From Thalia democratica (taxonomy: Eukaryota): a DNA stretch of 64,000 nt. How positions within the stretch are numbered: the first letter of the stretch is position 1; each line of letters starts with the position of its first letter. Where the stretch lies: assembly GCA_965202585.1 (NCBI GenBank), contig OZ241826.1, positions 83,142,001 through 83,206,000 of the forward strand. Reading direction: 5' to 3'. A program made the position numbers and the translations under genes. The notes under the pieces were generated by a model. It had not been told where the DNA came from. It saw nothing but the letters and a program-made list of their open reading frames with translations, and searched no databases. This document shows positions 38,783-51,549 of the stretch, piece after piece.

Positions 38783-41700
38783 CGGATTAAAGTTAAGATT
38801 TCTATGTATTTATATTCCTCCAAATCTTTCTAAATCTATAAAAATTGTATCAAACATGATTGACCTTATTAAACATTTCACACCAAAAAATTTTTCTTTC
38901 TATATTATGGGTGATTTTAATTTTCCCAATATTGATTGGAGTATTCCGAGCTCAACTTTCAATGAATGTAATAAAAATTTTATTAAGTTTTGTTTAGAAA
39001 ACTATTTAACTCAAATTATTGATTCACCTATAAAGACGGTGGTATTCTTGATTTAGTGCTTTGTAATTGCATGGGGTTGGATAGAATTAAATTTCATTCA
39101 GTAGATTCACCTTTAACTAATACTAATGACCATTCCCTTATATCTTTTGGCATTAGTGTTAAAAAGAGCATGAAATCAGCTACTGTGACTTTTTACCCAG
39201 ATTTTTCCAGAGCGGATTTTAAGTGTATCAACGAATATTTGTCTAGTATAGATTGGAAGTTTATTTATAATAAATCAGAGAATTTACAGGAGTTTTATGA
39301 TAAATTTGTTAACATTATTAATCTTACAATCAAAAAATTTGTACCCTTGAAGAAGAAAAATAGAAAACGTAAGATATATCCTTCTAATTTAAAAAAGCTA
39401 CAAAAAGAAAAGCAAAAACTATACAAAAAATGCAAGTTAGATCAGCAGATTACTGAAAAATACAAGCTAGTTTCAAAAGCATACGAAAAAGCTGTAAAAA
39501 AATTCGACATACAATATGAAAAGAGCTTCTGTCAAAATACTAATTCAAAAAAATTTTATTCTTTTGTAAAATCAAAGCTTAATCTATCACCTTCTCTTCC
39601 TCTTTTACTTGATGAAAATAACTTACCATTAATTTCCGACTTTGATAAAGCCTCTTATTTTAACAAATCATTCCAAAAAGTATTTAGTAAAGATTATGAA
39701 GATGAACATTTTATACTTATTGATAAGAGTTGTCCTGAAATGCAGGATTTTTTTATTAGTAATAATGAAATAACTGAATCTGTAAATCATTTAAAAGATA
39801 AAATACTCAGAACAGCAGAAAATATACCTTCGTATTTTTTAAAACGAACTATTAGCTCTCTTATTTTTCCAATCTCGTTAATTTTTAATTGCTCTTTAGC
39901 GACATCTTTCATACCAAGGCAATGGAAAATATCTTATATTATACCAATATTCAAAAAAGGAAACAAAAATAATCCATTAAACTATAGACAAATTTCACTT
40001 ACTAGTAGCTTTTGCAGATCTTTTGAACATATAATTTCCTTAAAAATACTTAATCATCTTTTCTTAAATAATCTTATTTCTCCAAAACAATTTGGTTTTC
40101 TTCCTAAACGAACTTCATGTATTCAATTATTGGATTGCCTTCATTCATGGTTAGTATCTTTTTTTACCAATAAATCTATCAATGTAATTTATACAGACAT
40201 TCAGAAAGCGTTTGACTCTGTCTCTCATTTTAAGTTAATTAAAACTTTATCTCAATACAAAATTAATAGAAATCTAGTTGAATGGTTCAAAGAATTTCTT
40301 CAGGAAAGAACACAAAGAGTAGTTATCGGTAACACGTTCTCAGAATCCTTACCAATTTTTAGTGGAGTTCCGCAAGGAGGGGTTATAGGTCCACTGTTAT
40401 TTATAATCTATATAAATGATATAACCTTAGAGGTTGATTCTAATAGCAACATTAAGCTTTTTGCAGACGACACAAAAATATTTAGCCAATCTAACTTAGT
40501 TTTACAAAAATCTTTAGATAAAATCCACCATTGGTTAAAAGAAAGGAGATTAAACCTAAATCCCAGCAAATGTCATGTTTTGAATATTCACAAAAGTACA
40601 CCTATTCCAACGTTTGATTTCAAAATAAACAATGCAATCTTACCTAAAACTGAGGTATTCAAAGACCTTGGAATTTTTATTTCAGATAATTTAAAATGGA
40701 ACCATCATATTAACTATATTTACCGTACTGCATCAATTTTATCTTTTCAAGTTCTTAAAAGCTTTATATCTACGGATTTGGTAATTCTTAAAAAATTGTA
40801 CCTAGTTTACATCCGTCCTAAGATGGAATACAACACACCTTTATGGTCTCCATATTCTATAAAAGACATCAACCAGCTAGAATCTATTCAAAGAAAATTT
40901 ACGAGATTAATCTTTAATCGGTGCAACATTTCATATACGTCTTACATAGACAGACTAACACAGCTTAATATAAAAACTTTAGAATACAGAAGACTTGAAT
41001 TTGATCTAATTACTTTTTTTAAACTGGTTAACAATGAAACTACTATTGATTCTCAAACTTTCTTTAAACCTTATGAAAATAATTACTCACTCAGAGGTAA
41101 TAATAGAAAATATACATGCAAATATCATTTCAACTATGTTGGTTGGCACGAATCTTTTTTCTATCGTTCGGTAAAAATGTGGAACAAACTTCCAAATGAA
41201 CTAGTATTGTGCAAAAATCTTAAAGATTTTCGATTAAACTTAAAAAGATTTGATTTAAATAAAATATTTACCAGTAAAATTTATAAGTGATTAGTTTTGT
41301 TCATCTCTTTAGCCATTGATTTGGTGTGTGGTATGTAGTTTATTAGTAGTTTAATCTGTAAGCTACACCTTCCCCTTATAGATTTTAGGTACTTTTCAAC
41401 TTTGATTTTTTTCGGAAGGGCTGTTGTTAATGTGCTTTGGGCTTTAGATTTTGAAATTGTTGGATACTCAGTTGATTCCTAAGCTAGATTTGTGAACTGT
41501 TGCTGCCACATTTTTGAAGTGATTTTTGACTGAATTTGCCGTCATAACGAGTGGCAAATAGTAGCTCAGATCAATGTTCTGCAAGATGAAGACAGCTTCT
41601 GAAGATTTGACAGAAATGCTTGTTACAGGTATTTGTTGCTTTGGAACGTATAATTGGAGATTGGTGACTTCGGAATCGTTGAATTGTGAAAGTTTTAATT

Positions 41701-41848
41701 TATTCAGTTTGTACTTTGTATAAGTTTTATATTTATGTTTATTTAATCACTGTAATTTGTTTTTTTCTTTTTAGTGTCTTTCAGTTTAAGTGGCCTAGGT
41801 TTTAATGCCTAGGTCCTTTGTTGGACAATAAACTTGATAATAATATTA
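38783..41848 (+). mobile_element. 5'-truncated CR1/L2-clade LINE: partial AP endonuclease, intact reverse transcriptase, about 550-bp 3'UTR and TAA tail
   Basis: APE motifs YIPP, GDFN and (frameshifted) LDLV; RT motifs YTDIQKAFDSV, SGVPQGGVIGPLLFIIYIND and LFADD; 744-codon ORF 39056-41290; one frameshift near 39030. Confidence 0.95.
39056..41290 (+). CDS. LINE ORF2 (reverse transcriptase) portion
   Basis: Uninterrupted 744-aa ORF with canonical non-LTR RT motifs. Confidence 0.9.
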   Translation: MLCNCMGLDRIKFHSVDSPLTNTNDHSLISFGISVKKSMKSATVTFYPDFSRADFKCINEYLSSIDWKFIYNKSENLQEFYDKFVNIINLTIKKFVPLKKKNRKRKIYPSNLKKLQKEKQKLYKKCKLDQQITEKYKLVSKAYEKAVKKFDIQYEKSFCQNTNSKKFYSFVKSKLNLSPSLPLLLDENNLPLISDFDKASYFNKSFQKVFSKDYEDEHFILIDKSCPEMQDFFISNNEITESVNHLKDKILRTAENIPSYFLKRTISSLIFPISLIFNCSLATSFIPRQWKISYIIPIFKKGNKNNPLNYRQISLTSSFCRSFEHIISLKILNHLFLNNLISPKQFGFLPKRTSCIQLLDCLHSWLVSFFTNKSINVIYTDIQKAFDSVSHFKLIKTLSQYKINRNLVEWFKEFLQERTQRVVIGNTFSESLPIFSGVPQGGVIGPLLFIIYINDITLEVDSNSNIKLFADDTKIFSQSNLVLQKSLDKIHHWLKERRLNLNPSKCHVLNIHKSTPIPTFDFKINNAILPKTEVFKDLGIFISDNLKWNHHINYIYRTASILSFQVLKSFISTDLVILKKLYLVYIRPKMEYNTPLWSPYSIKDINQLESIQRKFTRLIFNRCNISYTSYIDRLTQLNIKTLEYRRLEFDLITFFKLVNNETTIDSQTFFKPYENNYSLRGNNRKYTCKYHFNYVGWHESFFYRSVKMWNKLPNELVLCKNLKDFRLNLKRFDLNKIFTSKIYK

Positions 41849-42228
41849 AGTTATTTGTAGTTTATATAGAATGCATTCTTGTTTAAAGAGCGTTTACATG
41901 AATATCAAAATGAAACTGAAAGACCAATCAACAAACAACTTGCAATATTAATTTAAATTCATATAAATTAACACTTAAAAGGTGTGTTTCTTGATATTTT
42001 TCATTGAGTTGATTGGTTTGGAGCAGTTTGTTTTGAAATTCAATCTGTATTGACTACTGACCTTCAACCAGATGTGTTGAGTCTTACTGTTAATTTATCA
42101 ACCATTTTTAATATTGTTTCTAATCAGATTATTTCTACATCTTTATTGTTTTTTTGAAACTAATCTGGATTTATTTGTTGTTTTGACTTCAGTTCATTCT
42201 CAGCTCGATTTTTCTACACATTTTAGTG

Positions 42229-42575
42229 CAGGTTTTCTAAAAGTTTTTTTTGCAATGGCCCTATTAAAGAAGTTTAAAAAGCTATGGCTACCTTTAACAA
42301 GATAACTCAAAAACCTACTTTTAAAACCACCTAAGACTATTTTTTCTCTTCATTATAACTCAAGAATATCTAGTGTAAACTTCAAAACTACCATTATAAA
42401 CACCTAAGGCCTTTTTTTTTTTTGTTTTTGCTCTTCAACAACAAATCTAAAATACCTAGTGTTGGTATTAAATTATGACATCATAATTCCCCTGTGGCTC
42501 CTTTGCTCCTCATGGCCTGCTGAGTATCTGTCAATGCCCCCTAAGGTGCCACTTGGCCTACTTTAGGAAACTCTG
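42229..42575. mobile_element. hAT-type MITE, 347 bp
   Basis: Ends CAGGTTTTCTAAAAG / CTTTAGGAAACTCTG; 8-bp TSD TTTTAGTG / TTTTAGAG (7/8). Confidence 0.8.
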
Positions 42576-43483
42576 TTTTAGAGATTGGACTAAAATAACA
42601 TTTTTAACCACTTGTATTTGCTTAATTGCAAATTGATTAGGGTTTATGTTACTTCAAGTTATTGTTGTATTTCTGACTAATATATTTGTTTAGTTGCCAG
42701 CTTTTTAAAATTTTTAATAATTTTTACTGATTTTCATAGTAGCTATTTTGAATAAATTTGACATTAAAAATATTCTTTTTGTTTAATTTATGTTTAAATG
42801 TTTGCAAATATTTTATTTTTAAATTTTAACATAGAACAAGGACCTTAAGTATAATTCTATCTTCTAGCCATAGATTTAGCTAAGCTACCTGGAAGAAATC
42901 CTTCACCACGTTAATAAAGAGACCATTAATGCTAAGGTTAATCCTAACAATTTCAATGTTAAATACTGTTTGATAAAAGTGTTTGTGTCTAAACCAATGT
43001 CCGATAGTTTTGGTTTAAACTTCAGATTGATAGACCTGGTGATTGTTTTACTTTTCTGGCCAATATAAGCTTATTTTAATGTTTTAAGTGTTATCAAAAA
43101 TTACACGAGTGTAAACTTGGCTTGAATGGTTTTTTGTAATTTTTTAATGCTAACTTGGAACTTTTTTATAATTCTAAAGAATGATTTTTGCTTTGCATTT
43201 CACAATAATTTAAATCGAATTGGGGTTTGACTTTTGAAGTGGGTTTACTTTAAAAAATTTGAATAGTTTTCTACTTTTTTAATTTTTTAAGTTTTTTTCC
43301 AAAAATAACAATTTTTTTCTAAATTATTGTTTTATGATACTTCACAATCAGTATAATATTAAAATTAAGCTTACTTAAACAATCATAGATATTTACAAGA
43401 GTTTTATTATAATTTACTTTTTAGAAAATTATATAACATTCAAATAGTTTTAGAAATAAATTGAACTTTTTGGATAATAAATA

Positions 43484-45536
43484 ATGTCTATGAGCTTATC
43501 AAAAAGTGGTCTTTTAAAACCAACAGAACAATTAATAAACAAAAAAGAAATGAATAAAAAACGGGAATTACTGGCTCAAGACAAATCTAATAGGTTTGAA
43601 AAATGTTTTAGAGGTTCAGTAAAGTACAATTTCGTCGAGTTTTGCAAAGAAATATGTTTTAAACATTTAGATGAAAAACATTTACAAACTAATAAAGATC
43701 TACCAGGTAAAATGTTTACAAATTTTAGCTTTGCGTTTAAATTGTATAAAATTATTTGTTATTTTTTCTTATATATGTCAAAATATTAATAGTTCGCTAA
43801 ATTAGTTTATTTAGTCTTGAATTTATTTAAAACTGTAGGTTCTTTTGATCAAAAATTTAAAAAAACAAAACATTTTCATAAAGAAACTAAGCATTTTTGC
43901 TATCTTTTTTGCATAGAATTATTCTTTAAAAAAGTACCGTTTACAAATACTGTCGGATTTCAATTTTTTTTTTATGATTTTAGCTTAAGTTAGTACAAAA
44001 TTTGTAAGATTTTGTTCAATAAAGTATACACGTAAAAATATATTTTTTGTAAATACTTAAATTTGTAGAATAATAGTATAACTTTAGTTTCTTACTTTTA
44101 ATAAGTATTCTTAAATGTTTTTAGGCGAAGCTATGCAAAACAATAATCATCTAGCTTTAAATCTTATAATGAATAAAGCTTTACTCAAACAAGATGCAAT
44201 CTTAGAAAAATACAATTTTTTTGGTGAAGAAGCATGTGTTAAAAATGTGACTTTATTGTTCACCCTGGCGAAAGTCTTCAATTTATCTCGTCTTGAAGAA
44301 ACAACGTTGTCCTACATACAATGTTGCTTTTCAATGGTATCAGAAACTCAAAGCTTCTTGGAGTTAAACTTAGAACTAGTTGCAAAAATACTCTCAAGTT
44401 CAGAAATAAGCATTCACTCTGAAGTTGAAGTGTATAATGCTGTCATTAATTGGTTAAAGTACAAACTTAAAGACCGCAGCAAGTATGCAAAACAACTGTT
44501 ACTAGCAGTTCGCCTTCCTTTACTTTCGGATTGCGCTGTAAACTGTGTTTTAAATAGTTCTTCATCATTCGTTCAAAATAACGAATTCGCTCATGAACTA
44601 AAAGAAATAGTAGCAAGAAGAGATCACTTTTTCAAAAACAAACAAAGCGTATACTACAAAACTAGATATTGTAGCCAGGAAAAGTTTTACACGTTGATTT
44701 TCTGTGGCTTTGAAGAAACTTGTTGTAAAGCAACAAATGATGTTAACAAAACCAAAAGAAACAATTTGAATAGTATAAAAATTATTCCAACTTTGTATAG
44801 TAGGCGTTACTGTTCTGATTCTGTTTGCATAAAAGGCGAAGTCTATTTGCTTGGTGGAGTTGATTATAAATATGACATTATAACCTCTGTAGAAAAATAT
44901 TCACCTGAAAGTAAAACCTGGACTAAAGTTGCTAGTATGGTGGATGATCGTAGATGCTATACAGCTTGCGCATACATGGACAGCATATTTGTGATCGGAG
45001 GTACGAAAAAAGTAGATTCGTGGATCACGCTCAACTCCTGCTTGCAGTTCAATACTACAAGCAAAAAATGGAAAGAAGTCTCAAAAATGACGGAAGCACG
45101 AGAACGATTAGTTAGCGCTGTATTTGAAGGAAGAATAATTGTGTCTGGAGGTGAAGACGGCAGATTCAGAACTTTGAATACTGTAGAAGCGTATGACGTG
45201 ATATCTGATAAATGGTCGTCAATGCCTAACTTGGTTAAAACAACACATCATCACAAACTTGTAGCAGTTAAAAGCAAGTTATTTGTTGTTAGAAGAGGTG
45301 GTAACGACTGCGAAGTATTTGACACGATAAGTAGAAAATTTGTTGTTTTTAAACAAGAATTTGACTATTTTGATTTCTATCAAGTTGTTTCAATTCAAAA
45401 TAAAATTATGATTTTCTACACAGGAATCTCTTCAATTATTTTTTATGATGTTGAAGAAAACGAATGGTCTGAACAACCGTTTGACGGTACCAAGGATCTG
45501 AACGGTTTTTCGACTGTAAAAATACCTTGGTATTAA
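43484..45536 (+). CDS. Kelch-like protein (BACK domain plus Kelch repeats, BTB degenerate or absent), 2 exons 43484-43706 and 44125-45536, about 544 aa
   Basis: Phase-1 intron CCAG|gtaaaa...tttttag|GC. BACK segment FLELNLELVAKILSSSEISIHSEVEVYNAVINWL; Kelch motifs VYLLGG, VEKYSPESKTW, IFVIGG, IIVSGG and VEAYDVISDKW. No stops. Confidence 0.92.
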
Positions 45537-46219
45537 TATCCTTTGAAACAAAACATTCTTGTTATACTAGACTTTTAATTAAAACAGTTCTAACTCTTAT
45601 AAACAGTTCTGCATTTAAAACAATTATTCTTTAAAGATAGTTTACACAAAAGTTAAACTTAATAAAAAAACTTTCTATTTTATGAGACCAAGAAAAAATA
45701 AACTGTTAATAAATTAGTCGCAGGAATCGTTTTCATCTACTTAGTTTTGCAAAACTTTGTGCTGTTTAATTTTATGTGTTTATTTTTGCTTGCTCTGTGT
45801 TTTGTAATAAACTTGAGGTTACTGGCTTTTTTGTTGTGTCGAAAGTGTATTTTAAAATAAAAAGAAATCTAAAAATGTCTTTAAACTATGTGAAATAGTT
45901 TTATTTTAAATAAAAAATATGTAATTTAGTATTTTGATCAATAATTTCAAAAAAAAAAAAAACGAATTTAGTTGTCTTAGGGTAAAAAATGTGTTAAATA
46001 ATATAACTTTTCTTGTTAAAAGCCAAGCTTATAAGTATGTATACACTAGTGAACAGTAGATGATATGTATAGTTGTTGTTTAGTATAAGCATGTAAATTA
46101 TTTAAATAATGTATTTCTGTGCACTTGTTTAATATGAATTAAATGCAGCTGGTTTATATTGTTAAAATTCACTAAATTTAATTTCTATATAAGAATCTGA
46201 GATATGTTTTAACAATTGT

Positions 46220-46325
46220 TCAATTCATTGGCGCTAGATGCGGCTTCTTCTTATCTCTCCCTTCTGCACTCCTTGAGCCGTATGCTTGCCTCTCCGTTGA
46301 CTTCCTACTATTAACCCGGTTTGAT
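46220..46325 (-). CDS. Possible isolated terminal coding exon
   Basis: GC- and purine-rich island after a ttacaag acceptor, reading SNRVNSRKSTERQAYGSRSAEGRDKKKPHLAPMN*. No upstream exons identified. Confidence 0.3.
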
Positions 46326-47296
46326 CTTGTAACATTTGATGTAATGAATAACAGTGGTGTATTATAGTATTTTGTCAGGAATGCAAAATTTATTTTTATC
46401 TAAAAATCCCCTCACTTAAGATTTTTGTAATAAGCTATAAAAAGCTTTTTTGTAAGTAATATCATTGAAATAAATCAATTAAATGAAATAAGTTCGAAGT
46501 TAATGTTCTACAAAATACTTATATTTCACAAAATTATACAAATAAAAAAATTTTAAACTTCTTTAGAATTACTTATACTTGCAAAAATATAAAATTACTC
46601 AATAAAAATGGTTTTTACTACTTACACTAAAATTAATAGATATAAAAATGAATATATTCATAAAACGACAATAACTGTTTTATTTACAAAAAATACCAAT
46701 TTCTAAAATATACAATACAACATAAATGTTAGCACCTCATTGCACATTATATATTACACAAAATTATATTTTAGTGAAATTTTATAAATAGAATAGATTG
46801 CTTGCTTATTTAATGTAAATTAGGTATTAGTTCTAGAAAATCAATTCTGAATTAGACCAAAGTTAAAGCAAGCAGAACTTAGCTTATTGCTTTTTAAAAT
46901 TTTTAATTAAATACAAATGAAAAACTGTGAAAAAAGAAACATTAAAAGTAAAATGTATAACACAAGATATAGAGAAAAACAGTTTTATGGCAAGTGTCAA
47001 ACGTAAGACTTAATGGCAGTGAATCTAAAGAACAAAAAAAAAGCACAAAAAATATATTTTAACGAAATATTAATATACAAAAGTTTTTATAGTTTGAAAA
47101 ATATTCTGTCACAACTAACCTGAAAAATAATTTTAATGCGAATTTTTTTATAAAAAATAGCTAAATATATTTAATGATAAAAACAAAATAGAAGTATTTT
47201 AAGTCAGACAAAGCATAGAATTTGTAAACAAAACTGCAGGTCTAAAAATATCTAAAATAAATGTAATTATCTAATAATAAAAAACATATATCTAAG

Positions 47297-47767
47297 ATTA
47301 AGTACCATTTAACTACAAGACAAACAAATTTTTTCATTATAAACTTTATTAAAACTTAAGCGCTTTCGGAATGTCCAAATTCCCTTATCAAAATACTAAA
47401 CACTCTCTAGTTAAACTAAGACAAAATAAATTGAGTGAAATTATATCATTTGTAAAAAACACAACTAATTAAAACGACAAGTAATTAACAAAAATGGATT
47501 TTTATAAACAATTAAAACAAAATGGATTATTTAAACACATTAATAGTTTTAATTGTTTATAAAAATCCATTTTTGTTAATTACTTGTCGTTTTAATTAGT
47601 TGTGTTTTTTACAAATGATATAATTTCACTCAATTTATTTTGTCTTAGTTTAACTAGAGAGTGTTTAGTATTTTGATAAGGGAATTTGGACATTCCGAAA
47701 GCGCTTAAGTTTTAATAAAGTTTATAATGAAAAAATTTGTTTGTCTTGTAGTTAAATGGTACTTAAT
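47297..47767. repeat. Perfect inverted repeat: 222-bp arms (47297-47518, 47546-47767) with a 27-bp spacer
   Basis: Checked in 10-nt blocks; no mismatch found between the arms. Confidence 0.97.
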
Positions 47768-47889
47768 TGCATTCAAAGGTCTAAATATATCTGAAATATA
47801 TCTGAAAATGTAATGATTATCAAAAGCTAAAGTAGTTACAAAGAAAAACCAAAGTTTGTCCTAAACAAAAACTTAAATGCTTATTTTTT

Positions 47890-49300
47890 ACATTTGTAAT
47901 GAAAATGCATCCTTTTTTCTTTTTTGATTAAAAATAAACTCATAACTTCCTCGTTTAAGCAAATACAGTTTTAATTAAGTCTCTACCAATAGAAATAAAA
48001 CTTAAGGAGTTTAATGTAGACTGACCAATGGTATTTCGTAAACACGTTATTTAATCTCTTTAAAGATGAAAATATCCTTTCAACTTCAGTTGAACACACA
48101 AGTATAGTCATTAGAATTTGTAAAAATTTTATAGTTTCACTAAAATCATCAGAAATATTGTTATTCTTTATGTACAGCAGAGTTTCTATTTATCCTCCTA
48201 TGTGCATTTCTTTTTGATTGTAAATACCATTAATTCGGTTTGTAGCTTTTTACAATCTACACCAGGATAAAAGTTTTTCACTGCTTCGATAAGGTCATAA
48301 GTAAGACATTTGGGATATTCTTAAATGTCCTATAAAATTGAACTTTTTGGAAAAATTTACCCTTACACTGTCACAAATATCTTTAGCAGAAGAAGAGAGA
48401 CATATGTTTCCATTATATGTAGCACTAGAATTACGAGCTCTATTAAAAGCATCTTGAAAATTTTTCACACGTTGTTCAACTTTTTGCTAAGTTAAATTTT
48501 GCTTTACATTACATTATACAAAACATCTACTTCAGGCATAAGCTTAGAAAAAATTTTCAACCAAAAGATTTAACTTTTCATCATTTATATCATCATCATT
48601 TTATCATTATATATAGCTTTGGATCCAGAAAGAAATTTCACTTTAACTACGCGTCTTTTTTCTGGTTACTTAGAAAAAAAAGTAGGAATTTGATTTGATT
48701 TAGCAAAAAAAGTTCTGCCTCAACTAAAAAGAAAAACTAAAAAAGTTGCAACTAGCAGCCATCGAAAGCACTAATTTTAGCTGATGAGCAGCAAAATGTA
48801 CGTAATAAGCGTTTTCATATATTTCCCTTACTTTCACATGAACCCCTTCTATTCTTCCTTTCATGACCGAAGCACCGTCATAAGTCTGATAAGTTGTTTA
48901 CTTGTCACTCTGCATGATTTTCCTTAGCTCATTTAAAATAACTTCTGAAATAAATTCTGCATTTACTCTTTTTAGCTAAGAAATCACAAAACCTCTCATC
49001 GTCACTGTCATTGTTGATATATCTTATCACTGTAGACAATTGATTTTGCACGCTCACATATATTGCTTCGTCCGCAACTACCGCTATAAAGTGTGCCTGC
49101 CGTAAATTGAGATAAAGCTTCCTTCCTGTAAACTTCAAAGGCAAATGACAAAATTAAATGTTGTATTATTGGAAACACTCCTAACAATGCTTTACTTGTT
49201 TCAAAATGCGTTTTAAGATCTGTGTCAAGTTTGCTAGCAAACTTGAGCAAAGATCTCAAGCCACCAGGACTTAAAGAATCTTTAAATTTATTTATGCCGT
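47890..49300 (-). pseudogene. Decayed hAT transposase (ZMYM1/DUF4371-like, with C-terminal hATC dimerisation domain)
   Basis: Fragments FIAVVADEA...QLSTVIRYI...ERFCDF, QTYDGASVMKG...GV and ILMTILVCSTEVERIFSSLKRL...NTIGQSTLNSL, with many stops and frameshifts. Confidence 0.88.
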
Positions 49301-51549
49301 CTCAAAGCTATTTCTTTGACTCCGCAGTAAAGCACACTAATAAAAACACTTATTTTAAAGCTTTTAACATGTACAAATACTAACAACTACAATACTATAA
49401 ATTACCAATTATACTGTATCTACTAATTACATCTATTCAAGTACTATATTTTAGTATACCATTTATATTATATTAAAGCTCTTTATCATAAGGTCGATTA
49501 GAATTCATTAAAACTATTTTGTTGTAGGGAGGAACGTTAGTACAATGACCGGTTTAGCTAAGACAATATTTTGAAAATGTTTTATGGCAAAACTATTTGT
49601 ATCGTAAATACTTTTTTACTTTTGTATAAATTTAAAATTAAAAGTATTTTCAAATATTCACTTACATATGTGTTCAGTAACATTTGTTTAGTACAACTAA
49701 GTTTCGCTGTTAATTTTCAGATATTAAGGTGGAAATAAGTTAAAAATGATGTATAAAAACTTTTATTTATCAATTTAGAATTAGAAGTTATAAGTAATGA
49801 AAAAAATTACTTTAATCATAAAGACAAATTCAATTAAATTAATTGTTTAAAAGAAAACTATACTAGTACAAAATATTAAAAACACAAAGTTAATATAAAA
49901 CACCAACACTATTTGAATATAAATACTAAGATTTTAATATGACCATTTGGAATGAAGTCTTGTATAGATCTTGTAATGATTTACAGTAATATCTATAGCA
50001 TGATTTTTAGGACAAGTTAGTATATTCTAAAGAGCATTACAGCAAATTAAAATACTGATTTTTTTGACTTATTTAACCGGTCTTAGTAAAATCAACTAGT
50101 GTTCTGACTTTTTAGATATTTATATTATGCCGTTTATTAAAATCAATTTTTTATAAGTTTAATGTTAAAAATCTATTGATTTAAAATTTTTTAGTTTTCA
50201 TGCAAGCAAAATGAACTAGATATTGTTCAAATGAATACTAGTTATATTAGGATATATCATCTGAATACAGCAAATTTGATTAAAAAATTTTAATTTCAGT
50301 TTATAGTAATGTTTATAGTTTTATTAGTTGTTTTGCAAACTTCGTTTTTATTACTGTTTTACAACTTAATTTTAATACTTATCTAGTTAAATTTAAAAAA
50401 AACATTAGTTTCGCACTCTATAGTTTAATAAAACTTATTAAGTTTAAACAAAAAAAAAACCTAAAAAGGTTTTTGAACTTTAGCATTTTTAAACAAACTT
50501 TCTTTAAATTTTAAAAGTTATCTGTGAAAAACTTTCTTTTAAATATCGTACGCAATTAAATCAGTTTTGTTAACATACTTGTGATTTTATATCGTTTAAT
50601 AAATTTTTTATAAACATGTTGGACCCACAAGGTCTTTTAATTAATTTAATTAAAATCTTTAATAAAAGTAGAATTAAGGAAGCCGTTGATAATACAATAT
50701 CTGTTCGATTAGTATTCTGATTAATTATAACTTTCATGAGCATTATTTTGCGTAAAGGACACTAAAGTTATAGTTAAGGCATTAATGTCAAGATAATTAA
50801 CTATGCTTAAGTGTATTTATGCTACTAGATATTGAAAGTTTATTAAATTGTAAAATTTAATATTTACCAATTTTTTTTTATTTTTGTATAGAGTTTAACA
50901 AAACTTTATTTGATTAGTCTTAGCAGGAAAATTGTTATGAACCAAAGAAACATTTTGAAATCGGCTATGCGCTACATAGTTCAAGGGTTTAGTGTTTTAA
51001 TATTTATCCTCGTTTGACTTTTCCATAAAGTTTACTTACTACTATACCAGGAGTTTGAATAATAAATAGAACTAATTCTTTCATAGTAAAAAACTAAATT
51101 TAACAAATGTTGTGTTGTTTAAATTATCGAAAGTTTATTGTACTACCAAAAGTACCCGTAGTTTATGATAACTTTATTACTTAGTATGATAACATATTAA
51201 CTTTATTTTAATTTGAAGATTAAATTGCTTAGATAGCATGAATGTAAGTGACTTCATACTTTCAAAACTACTTTGAAGAATGCCTAGTTATACCGTGTTG
51301 TTATTTATCTATACACTACAATTGTTTAACGAAAAGAGTTCATAAAAAACTTACTTCCTAACAATAGTTTCATATAAATTTAAATATGCGTTTAGTTTAC
51401 TTAATAAACAATAATTTTTTAAATAAAATTTATATGGTACGTAAATAATTTATTATAAGTGTAGAAATTAAAGAGAAATCGAGTAAACTAAATAAAAAAA
51501 ACTCAAATAAAAGAATCTCTAATAAGGCGAATTTTACGACTTAGTACGT

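Noticed and set aside
37500-42200. Idea that TAA/TAG encode Gln here (Gln-rich frames in the 101-bp repeat region)
   Set aside because: Stop density is near chance for 75% AT DNA, the unit is not a multiple of 3, and real genes here end in TAA.
22100-48160. Other CTGA(T/A)GA...GAAA hits (22150 on -, 41598 in the LINE UTR, 48150 on -)
   Set aside because: Stems II, III and I cannot be formed; the 48150 hit is transposase coding sequence.
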